A DNA stretch of 64,000 bases. Origin: Candidatus Sumerlaeota bacterium (GTDB taxonomy: Bacteria > Sumerlaeota > Sumerlaeia > Sumerlaeales > Sumerlaeaceae). Under the pieces are notes generated by a model. That model saw nothing but the letters and a program-made list of their open reading frames with translations, did no database searches and was not told where the DNA came from. The stretch covers positions 196,945 to 260,944 of the forward strand of contig JADFCV010000001.1 of assembly GCA_017161655.1 (NCBI GenBank), in the 5' to 3' direction. The position numbers were made by a program, and so were the translations under genes. Shown one piece after another: positions 56,538 through 64,000 of this stretch. Position 1 is the first letter of the stretch; each line of letters starts with the position of its first letter.

Positions 56538-57721
56538 AATGGGAGAAGGAATTCTCTACACTGCGCGCCGAGATTCTTGGTCACCTCGATGACCCGAGGC
56601 TCACGCTCTCTCGCGTAGCTCTGCATCCTTTGGCGGACGACAGTTGCTTCACTGACGTGGCCCTTCGGATTTATGAATTCCAAAAGCGTCATAATTCGTT
56701 CTACAGGCGATACGTCGAGCTGACTGGCACCCCAAAGCCCCAGTCCTGGCGCGAAATTCCCGCTGTGTGGACAAATGCTTTCAAGCGAGCGCGGGTAGCT
56801 ACTTTTCCCAAGGGGCGGACCATTGCGTGTTTTCGCACAAGTGGCACCACAGAAGGCGAGGGAGGTGTGCACGAGTTTTGCGATCTGGAGCTTTATCGCA
56901 GGGCGGCGCTTTCTTTTTTCCGTACCGCACTCTTGCCGGACGATGTCCGACAAAAGATGCTCTTTCTCTCCCCACCGCCCGCCGATGCACCCCACAGTAG
57001 TCTCATATTTATGTTTGAGTCGGTTCGAAAAGCATTTGGAGCCACGGGCTCTCGGTATTTTTTCCGAAACGACGCCCTGGATACGAATGCTCTTTGTAGG
57101 TCGCTTAGCAATGCTTGCCGTACCGGCGAGCCGCTGTTCCTTCTAGGAACAGCTTTCGCTTTCGCATATCTTCTGCAGGACCTTGACAAGAGACAGTTAC
57201 GCTTCCAGCTGCCCCCAGGCAGTCGTATCATGGAAACAGGCGGATTCAAAGGTCGTGTAAAAGAGATTCCTCGCGACGAGTTCTACTTCCAACTTCAACA
57301 CGCTCTTGGGATTCCGCGGTCGCACATCGTGAATGAGTATGGGATGACGGAGCTCAGCTCCCAGTTCTACGATTGCGGTCTTGCCCTGACGTTGGCAGGA
57401 CGCCGAATTCCAGCAAGTGCGATGAGTGTCAAGGTTTGTCCGCCGTGGACTCGTGTGCTCATTGTTGACCCTGAAACCGGACGCGAAGTGCAAGTTGGCG
57501 CTCAAGGGCTCATACGCATTTATGATCTTGCGAATCTTGGTAGTGTTGTGGCGATTCAAACAGAGGACATCGGCGTGCGCCGCCGCGACGGCTTCGAGAT
57601 ATTAGGACGTGCTCCCTTAGCGCCGCCGCGGGGATGTTCGCTCGATGCCGAGAGATTAATACTGGGAGAATCGTCACATGAAACAATCGCCATTCGCAAA
57701 AGTCGAAGCCGCACCTCCTGA
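56534..57721 (+). CDS. LuxE-like acyl-protein synthetase family protein
   Basis: Blocks align to LuxE: FRTSGTTEGEGG (cf FFTSSGTSG), METGGFKGR (cf ITGGGWKR), C-terminal GC (PRGCSLD). ATGA overlap with the dgt stop. Confidence 0.7.
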   Translation: MKWEKEFSTLRAEILGHLDDPRLTLSRVALHPLADDSCFTDVALRIYEFQKRHNSFYRRYVELTGTPKPQSWREIPAVWTNAFKRARVATFPKGRTIACFRTSGTTEGEGGVHEFCDLELYRRAALSFFRTALLPDDVRQKMLFLSPPPADAPHSSLIFMFESVRKAFGATGSRYFFRNDALDTNALCRSLSNACRTGEPLFLLGTAFAFAYLLQDLDKRQLRFQLPPGSRIMETGGFKGRVKEIPRDEFYFQLQHALGIPRSHIVNEYGMTELSSQFYDCGLALTLAGRRIPASAMSVKVCPPWTRVLIVDPETGREVQVGAQGLIRIYDLANLGSVVAIQTEDIGVRRRDGFEILGRAPLAPPRGCSLDAERLILGESSHETIAIRKSRSRTS

Positions 57722-58886
57722 TCCCATTCTTGGTCTTACCGAGGCATTTAATGCCGACAAAAACCCAAATAAGGTAAACCTCGGCGTCGGCGTTTACCAG
57801 GACGAAAATGGGCGTGTACCTGTGCTTGCAACGGTTCGTGAAGCCGAGCGTCGCTGGTATGAGAAAGAAGACTCAAAATCCTATCTCCCGATTGATGGTG
57901 TGCCTGGTTACAACAAGGCTGTAAAAGAGCTCCTCTTCGGCGCAGGGGCGGAGATCGTCAATTCTGGCCGAGTGATTACAGTTCAGGCGCTTGGTGGAAC
58001 GGGCGCTCTTCGTGTAGGGGCAGATTTTCTTAGACGTTTTTTCCCGGAAGCGAAAGTGTGGATTAGCAATCCCTCCTGGGAAAACCATCGCGCTCTCTTT
58101 GAAGCGGCGGGATTCGAGGTAACGACGTATCCGTACTATGACGCGGCGACGCATGGGCTTGATTTCTCAGCCATGTTTGAGTGCGTAAAAAACATTCCCG
58201 ATGGTGACGTCTTGTTGCTCCATGCGTCATGTCACAATCCTACCGGTGTGGATTTATCCGAAGAGCAGTGGCATGAACTAGCAGATGTGCTAGCAAATAA
58301 ACAAATCATTCCGTTCCTAGATTTTGCTTATCAAGGATTCTATCGGGGCATAGAAGAAGATGCCTACGCGGTGCGACTCTTTGCGAACAAAGGACTGCAA
58401 TTCCTTGTCGCCAGCTCTTTTTCTAAAAACTTCTCGCTCTACCGCGAGCGAGTGGGAGCTTTGTCATTCGTAACGGCTGACGAAGAGGAGGCCAAACGCG
58501 TGCTGAGTCAGGTGAAACGGGTGATTCGCACGAATTGGTCGAACCCACCATCCCATGGCGCTCAGGTCGTGGCACTTGTCCTCAATGACCAGGAACTGCG
58601 TGCAGAGTGGGTTGAAGAAGTCGCGCAAATGCGCGACCGAATCCGTAAGATGCGGCATCTGTTCGTAACAAAACTGCGCGAGAAAGGAATCGATCGGGAC
58701 TTTGGCTTCATTGAGCGTCAGAATGGGATGTTCTCGTTCTCAGGGTTAGACGCACAGACTGTCGAGCGACTTCGAAGCGAATTCAGTCTCTACATTGTGC
58801 GAAGTGGCAGGATCTGTGTCGCAGCGATGAACGAGAAAAACATCGATTATATCTGCGATGCAATTGCCACCGTACTTAAGGGCTAG
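57678..58886 (+). CDS. aspC: Aspartate/aromatic amino acid aminotransferase (class I)
   Basis: APPDPILGLTEAFNADKNPNKVNLGVGVYQDENG aligns to the E. coli AspC N-terminus; PLP-lysine context SFSKNFSLYRERVG. Confidence 0.85.
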   Translation: MKQSPFAKVEAAPPDPILGLTEAFNADKNPNKVNLGVGVYQDENGRVPVLATVREAERRWYEKEDSKSYLPIDGVPGYNKAVKELLFGAGAEIVNSGRVITVQALGGTGALRVGADFLRRFFPEAKVWISNPSWENHRALFEAAGFEVTTYPYYDAATHGLDFSAMFECVKNIPDGDVLLLHASCHNPTGVDLSEEQWHELADVLANKQIIPFLDFAYQGFYRGIEEDAYAVRLFANKGLQFLVASSFSKNFSLYRERVGALSFVTADEEEAKRVLSQVKRVIRTNWSNPPSHGAQVVALVLNDQELRAEWVEEVAQMRDRIRKMRHLFVTKLREKGIDRDFGFIERQNGMFSFSGLDAQTVERLRSEFSLYIVRSGRICVAAMNEKNIDYICDAIATVLKG

Positions 58887-58950
58887 CTGCATCATATTCC
58901 CTGCGAGACTTCACCTTGCAGCAAAGAATGCACCAGCGTAGGACGCAAGT

Positions 58951-61900
58951 ATGACGTGGGATGAGGTGCTAGCGGAGGCGTGGACTGTTGCTCACACACC
59001 AGAGCAGCGCGAGTCTTTTGAGAGAACTTTATCAGCACTGAGAGAGCTCCCGCTTGGGCCAGAGTCCGTAAAAATGCTTCAGAGTCTGGTTCGCGCTATG
59101 CTCCGCACGCCTCATCCCGCAGGGGCGCTCAGCGCGCTGGAACGCTATTTGGAAGGTGCACCAGATCCCGATCGCTTCTTATCCCAACTTTGTCACACAC
59201 CGTCAGCGGGTGAGATTCTTGCTGCCGTGTTTGGATTTTCGGAGTTTCTTTCTAACGTGCTCATTCGTGAGCCAGAGTTACTCTGGTGGCTCGCTCAAGA
59301 TGAACAACTTCGATCCGACAAAACCCGCGACACCTTCTTTCACGAATCAGAGCGGTGTGTGGCATCTTGTGAGTCTGTGGAAGAACGACATGCTGCTCTC
59401 TGCGCTTGGAGGAATCGAGAACTTCTTCGCATTGGAGTCCGGGATGTCTTGCGTCTTGCCACCATTGAGCAAGTCACCCGGGAGATCTCCGATGTCGCCC
59501 ATGCGTGCATCCACATTGCAGCACAGTCAGCTTGGGATGAGATGGTCGCACGCTATGGGGAACCGCTGGTGGAGGGGGAGAGTGCGCCTAGTCATCCAGC
59601 GGGAATGTGTGTGCTTGGCATGGGGAAACTGGGTGGGCGGGAGCTCAATTTCTCTTCTGATATAGACCTCATTTTTATCTACGACGCAGAAGGTGAAACC
59701 ACGGGGCAAACATCATCCGGGAAAAAAGGACCTCGAATCTCCAATCATGAGTTCTTTAACAAGATGGGGGAGCGGATCGTAAGATTCCTGTCTGCTCGAG
59801 GTCCGGCCGGGTCACTGTTCCGCGTTGATATGCGCTTACGTCCTGAAGGCAAGTGTGGGCCATTGGCCCGCTCCTTCGAATCATTTTCGAACTATCTCGA
59901 GCAGCAGGCACGCGACTGGGAACGCCTGGCATATCTCAAAGCTCGTGTGCTCACAGGTCCCGCGCCACTCCGCGCCAGACTTTATCAAATCATGCAGCAC
60001 TTTGTGTACGAGAAAGCCGAGCCCCCGCGCATTCTCTCAGAAATCGAGAAACTAAAGCTGATGATAGACCGCGAAGTGTTGTTGAGCGACACATATCATC
60101 GCGAAGTCAAGCGGGGCTATGGTGGAATCCGGGAAATTGAGTTTATCATTGCGGCCATGCAGATCATCTATGGGCAGCAACATCCCGCTCTCCGCGTGCG
60201 CAATATTTTCCTGGCCATCGATAGGCTCGCGGACGTCAATGTGTTGCCCCGTTCAGAAGCGGATTTCTATCTTCACGCCTATGAATTTCTGCGTCTGGTC
60301 GAACACCGATTACAGATGGCCGCCGAGCATCAAACGCACACTCTGCCAGCTCGGGAAGATGAGCTCGAGATCTTGGCAAAGCGTTGCCACTTTTCGTCAT
60401 TATCTGAGTTTCAGCAAAAGTATCGCGAAATCACGGACGGTGTGCATGAGCGATTTGCTCGGTTCTTCGAACGAGACATTGAACAGGAGGCACGAGAACT
60501 CCAAGACGTCCTAGTGCTATTAGACGACGATGCCCCTCCGGAGGAGGGAATAGCAGTTCTCCAGCGATATGGCATCGGCACAGAGCAGTCGTTGCGGTTG
60601 ATTCGGGATTTGGCCCATGGCACCCGGGAGGTGTTTATCGCTGCGCAAGGGCAGCAGTTTTTTGAGCAAATGCTTCCTGCTCTTCTGCGTTTGATTGCGC
60701 GTGCGCCTTTACCCGAGCGCGTGCTTCCCCACTTTCACTCTTTTGTGCTAGCAGTACGTGGAATCACCTATTATTACGAACTCATCGCGCAGCATCCGGA
60801 CATTCTGCGCCTTCTTGTTCTGCTCTTCGGCACAAGTGATTATTATTCCGAAGTGCTCATTTCGCATCCCGAGTTCTTCGATACGATCTTGAGCTCACGT
60901 CTGGTTCATGAGCGTGGCACGCCACAGGCTGTCGCAAACCGTGTTCAGCAGATGGTAGGAGCCAGGGGGAGCTGGGAAAAACGTGCTGTTTCTTTGCGTC
61001 GTGCGATGAAATTCGAACAACTGCTCATCGCCCTACGGCATATCTTAAACTTGTGCGAGCTTCACGAAATCGTGGAAGAACTCTCAATCGTCGCCGATGT
61101 CGTGCTCCAGGTTGCTTTCGACTTGGCGTATGAGCGTTACTGTGAGCGCCGGGCAGGACCAGGTGTGGCAGTGCAGAAAGAAGAACGGGTTGAGCTACAT
61201 GCTGCCGCTCCAATAACACTCTTAGCCTTCGGTAAGTACGGGGGCAACGAGCTCAGCTTTTTTGGGGATCTTGACCTTGTTTATGTTTGGAGCGACAAGG
61301 GCGAGTCGGCTCATGAGACATTCCAAACAGCGGAACAAGCCCTTCAGTTTGTGGATCATTTCGTGTATACTGTGACGGAGAATTTACGTGAAGGACGCCT
61401 CTACTCGTTAGACGCACGTCTGCGGCCTCATGGTCGGAACTCGCCGCTAGTTACTCCGCTGAGTTATTATCTGGATTATCTCCGCACGGAAGCCGACGTG
61501 TGGGAACTGATGGCGTTCACGCGAACGCGTTGTGTCCTGGGCAATACGGCGATTCTCTCACAACTGACAGAGTGTGCGCTTGAGCGGCTCGCCAGTTTCT
61601 CCAGAGAAGAAATTCGCACCCGTGTCCTCCAGATGCGCAACCGTCTGGAACAAGCAGTCCCGGCGAGTGATAGAGCGCATCACGAATACAAGCGCAGTGC
61701 AGGGGGGCTTGTGGACATTGAATTCCTTTTCCAGTTCTGGGTGCTTAGTGGTCGGTTCCCATTCAGTGAAACGCAGGGTCGTTCATACCTTCGTATGTTA
61801 GCTGAAAGAAAGAGTTTTCCCCCGTGCAATGAACAAGACTGGAAAAGACTGCGGCACAACTACTGGTTTCTTCGTCGCCTAGATACAGCGGTGCGCTTAA

Positions 61901-62055
61901 TCGCCCGTGAGAGTGGCGGACGTATGCCCGCAGATCCCAGGATTCTTGAGGGGATCGCGCGGTTTCTTGGAGAAAGCAGTTCTGCAGAAATCATCCAGCA
62001 GTTGCGAGAGGTCCTGAGAGAAAACAGAGAGATCTTCACCAAGTACCTTTCGTAA
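58951..62055 (+). CDS. glnE: Bifunctional glutamine synthetase adenylyltransferase/adenylyl-removing enzyme
   Basis: Two nucleotidyltransferase modules (GMGKLGGRELNFSSDIDLIFIYD and FGKYGGNELSFFGDLDLVYVW) each followed by a GlnE-C helical domain; ~1030 aa. Confidence 0.9.
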   Translation: MTWDEVLAEAWTVAHTPEQRESFERTLSALRELPLGPESVKMLQSLVRAMLRTPHPAGALSALERYLEGAPDPDRFLSQLCHTPSAGEILAAVFGFSEFLSNVLIREPELLWWLAQDEQLRSDKTRDTFFHESERCVASCESVEERHAALCAWRNRELLRIGVRDVLRLATIEQVTREISDVAHACIHIAAQSAWDEMVARYGEPLVEGESAPSHPAGMCVLGMGKLGGRELNFSSDIDLIFIYDAEGETTGQTSSGKKGPRISNHEFFNKMGERIVRFLSARGPAGSLFRVDMRLRPEGKCGPLARSFESFSNYLEQQARDWERLAYLKARVLTGPAPLRARLYQIMQHFVYEKAEPPRILSEIEKLKLMIDREVLLSDTYHREVKRGYGGIREIEFIIAAMQIIYGQQHPALRVRNIFLAIDRLADVNVLPRSEADFYLHAYEFLRLVEHRLQMAAEHQTHTLPAREDELEILAKRCHFSSLSEFQQKYREITDGVHERFARFFERDIEQEARELQDVLVLLDDDAPPEEGIAVLQRYGIGTEQSLRLIRDLAHGTREVFIAAQGQQFFEQMLPALLRLIARAPLPERVLPHFHSFVLAVRGITYYYELIAQHPDILRLLVLLFGTSDYYSEVLISHPEFFDTILSSRLVHERGTPQAVANRVQQMVGARGSWEKRAVSLRRAMKFEQLLIALRHILNLCELHEIVEELSIVADVVLQVAFDLAYERYCERRAGPGVAVQKEERVELHAAAPITLLAFGKYGGNELSFFGDLDLVYVWSDKGESAHETFQTAEQALQFVDHFVYTVTENLREGRLYSLDARLRPHGRNSPLVTPLSYYLDYLRTEADVWELMAFTRTRCVLGNTAILSQLTECALERLASFSREEIRTRVLQMRNRLEQAVPASDRAHHEYKRSAGGLVDIEFLFQFWVLSGRFPFSETQGRSYLRMLAERKSFPPCNEQDWKRLRHNYWFLRRLDTAVRLIARESGGRMPADPRILEGIARFLGESSSAEIIQQLREVLRENREIFTKYLS

Positions 62056-62075
62056 GGTGGAGAGATGTTTCTGAA

Positions 62076-62828
62076 ATGCAAAAAATCTTGCCAACGATCC
62101 TTCACCCGGCGCCAATGGTCTCCATGCAACACGAGAGAATAGACTACAGCGAGATTGTTTTACGTAGGTTACACTCCCTGACAGGACTCGTACCGCTAAC
62201 GCTCTTTATCTTCTTTCACCTTTTCGCGAACTCTTTTTCAACGAAAGGAGAAGAGGCGTTTAACGCCACCGTGGCTACGCTTCGAGGCTTGCCCTATCTC
62301 CATGCGATTGAATGGGGCGCCCTCTTTGCGCCTTTCTTGTTCCACATGTTTTATGGGCTCTGGGTCATATTTAGCGGAAAGCCGAATCCTTTGCGATTCA
62401 TATACCCCCGCAATTGGGCCTATTTTGCCCAACGGGTAACGGCAATCATAGTGTTTGTGTTCATATTCTATCATGTTATCAGCTTACGCTTCATGGATTG
62501 GCGGGCTATCGACGAGTCCGGAAAGCTGAACTTCTATCAGCTTCTTCACCGTGAATTTCAGAAACCTGTGATTTACTGGTGGTATGTTTTTGGCATTGCG
62601 TGCACTGCTTTCCACGTTGCGAACGGTGTGTGCACTTTTTGCATGACGTGGGGGATCACCATTGGACGCAAGGCACAACGCGGTCTTGCCTACGCAATGA
62701 CTGTTGTGGGGATTGGTCTCTTCGTGATGGGTGTGTCAGCGATTCACGGCTTCCTGGCGGGAGCGAATCCAGGGAAAGAAACACGAGTTCAAATCCAAAA
62801 AGTCGAGAGCCAACAAGCAACGCGTTAG
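62076..62828 (+). CDS. Succinate dehydrogenase/fumarate reductase cytochrome b558-type membrane subunit (SdhC-like), apparently orphan
   Basis: RRLHSLTGLVPLTLFIFFHLFANSF...EAFN aligns with Bacillus-type SdhC. 5 TM with His ligands. No sdhA/sdhB follow. Start uncertain (62076, 62115 or 62124). Confidence 0.65.
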   Translation: MQKILPTILHPAPMVSMQHERIDYSEIVLRRLHSLTGLVPLTLFIFFHLFANSFSTKGEEAFNATVATLRGLPYLHAIEWGALFAPFLFHMFYGLWVIFSGKPNPLRFIYPRNWAYFAQRVTAIIVFVFIFYHVISLRFMDWRAIDESGKLNFYQLLHREFQKPVIYWWYVFGIACTAFHVANGVCTFCMTWGITIGRKAQRGLAYAMTVVGIGLFVMGVSAIHGFLAGANPGKETRVQIQKVESQQATR

Positions 62829-62851
62829 TCGATTTTATCGGAGAATGAAGA

Positions 62852-62884
62852 GAGGGGCGACGAGCATCGCCCCATTCTTTGTTT
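62852..62884. terminator. Rho-independent terminator between sdhC-like (+) and nfu (-)
   Basis: GGGGCGA-cgagca-TCGCCCC followed by ATTCTTTGTTTTG. Confidence 0.7.
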
Positions 62885-62906
62885 TGGGTGGAACTTCAGT
62901 AGGTTG

Positions 62907-63218
62907 TTACGCCATTTCGACGCTCTTCACCTCAGGGACTTCTTCGATGATGCGTGCTTCTACTCCCATTTTCAGTGTATAAATCGAGCTTGGGCAGCCG
63001 CAGCAGGCACCCTGAAGCCGGACGTAAACCACAGCGTCTTCGACACCCACAAGTTCGATATCCCCACCGTCGGCCTGAAGATACGGACGCAGTTGTGCGA
63101 TGATGGGTTCGACGCGCGCTCGAATGTTCTCGTCCGCTGCTTTTGCCTCTTTTGGTTCTTCGAACGAGGTCTCACCCTGAGCCTTCTTGTCGGAGGGTTT
63201 CTTTCCAAAGATTGCCAT
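62907..63218 (-). CDS. nfu: NifU-like Fe-S cluster scaffold/carrier (Nfu C-terminal domain type)
   Basis: CxxC in GACCGCPSS; ~100 aa; K/E-rich N-terminus. Confidence 0.8.
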   Translation of the reverse strand: MAIFGKKPSDKKAQGETSFEEPKEAKAADENIRARVEPIIAQLRPYLQADGGDIELVGVEDAVVYVRLQGACCGCPSSIYTLKMGVEARIIEEVPEVKSVEMA

Positions 63219-63248
63219 CGGTTTTCTCCTTCTAATGTGCTTTGGCAG

Positions 63249-64000
63249 TTAGTAGCCAGAGCCGCTGGCACTATTCAGTTTCGGGTTGTCCAAAACTTTG
63301 CGATAAATCTGGTGAAGCGTCTTGCACATCTTTTCTGCCGAGAAAAGATCGCGTGCTCGCTGTTGTGCCGCGTGCCCAAAACGCTTCCGCATATCGTGGT
63401 CAGATAGCAACCTATTGAGAGCACTGGCGAGAGCATGGGGATCGGCCGGAGAAACAACAAATCCCGTTACGCCGTGCTGGTTAATAAACGGAACACCTGT
63501 ATCAAGTGCAGTGCTCACCACCGGGAGACCACAGGCCATGGCTTCAATTTGACAAATACCGAAGGCCTCACTGCGCAGGTGCGATGGCAGACAGAAAACG
63601 TCCGCCGCATGAAGATAGCAAACGAGTTCGTCGTCACTGAGATCCCCAAGAAAATGAACGCGGGAATCAACGCCAGCTGTGTGTGCCTGCAACTGTAGAC
63701 GTTCCCGCTCTGGGCCCGTGCCTACGATGACAAGCTGCGCCGCGACGTTTCGCATGGCTTCGATGAGGAAGTGCAGTCCTTTATAGTAGCGGAGTCTTCC
63801 CACAAAAATAATGATAGGATCGTTTCCGAATCTGTTTCGAATTTCTACGGACGCTTTTTCCACCGCAGGCGTCTTTTGGAATCGTTCTAGGACAATGCCG
63901 AGTGGCACGACGTGACATTTGTCGCGATGTCTGCGTAACCAAGGTGAGCTCTCGATGTAATTTGGCGAGGTTGGCATAATAACAGCAGCAGCGCGCATCA
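63249..64000 (-). CDS. Glycosyltransferase family 4, C-terminal part (gene continues beyond window end)
   Basis: FCLPSHLRSEAFGICQIEAMACGLPVVSTALDTGVPFINQHGVTGFVV GT4 signature. 30 bp upstream of nfu on the same strand. Confidence 0.75.
   Translation of the reverse strand, partial: MRAAAVIMPTSPNYIESSPWLRRHRDKCHVVPLGIVLERFQKTPAVEKASVEIRNRFGNDPIIIFVGRLRYYKGLHFLIEAMRNVAAQLVIVGTGPERERLQLQAHTAGVDSRVHFLGDLSDDELVCYLHAADVFCLPSHLRSEAFGICQIEAMACGLPVVSTALDTGVPFINQHGVTGFVVSPADPHALASALNRLLSDHDMRKRFGHAAQQRARDLFSAEKMCKTLHQIYRKVLDNPKLNSASGSGY

Overview
A 64 kb chromosomal window from a moderately high-GC bacterium, densely coded on both strands with about 55 protein genes, one tmRNA and no obvious mobile elements or CRISPR. 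Housekeeping genes are present throughout: alaS (5' fragment), valS, nadC, korAB, ribE-ribBA, pssA/psd, mltG, dgt, aspC, glnE, yebC, nfu and ssrA. Interspersed is an unusually rich set of signalling and surface-machinery genes. (1) A type IV pilus-like module is split around valS. On one side is pilB followed by a two-FHA-domain transmembrane protein. On the other is a fused PilM-PilN polypeptide, a PilO-like membrane protein and a giant (~1500 aa) TPR-containing PilQ-type secretin with a ~400 aa K/E/A-rich disordered segment and a (G-G-T-T-T)n coding repeat. (2) There are three sigma-54 enhancer-binding proteins or two-component systems. One is co-operonic with a GT4 glycosyltransferase and a FemAB-like acyltransferase, which suggests a polysaccharide-modification operon. 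Another is an FHA-GAF-sigma54 activator divergent from a DUF58-transglutaminase pair that lacks MoxR. (3) A secreted protein combines a GspG-like pseudopilin fold, without a prepilin leader, with an IPT/TIG domain. (4) Orphan LuxC-like and LuxE-like genes flank ribE-ribBA without any luciferase. (5) An orphan SdhC-like cytochrome b558 follows glnE. All calls come from reading the translated ORFs and the DNA directly. No database search was run, so family names are similarity-by-eye inferences.
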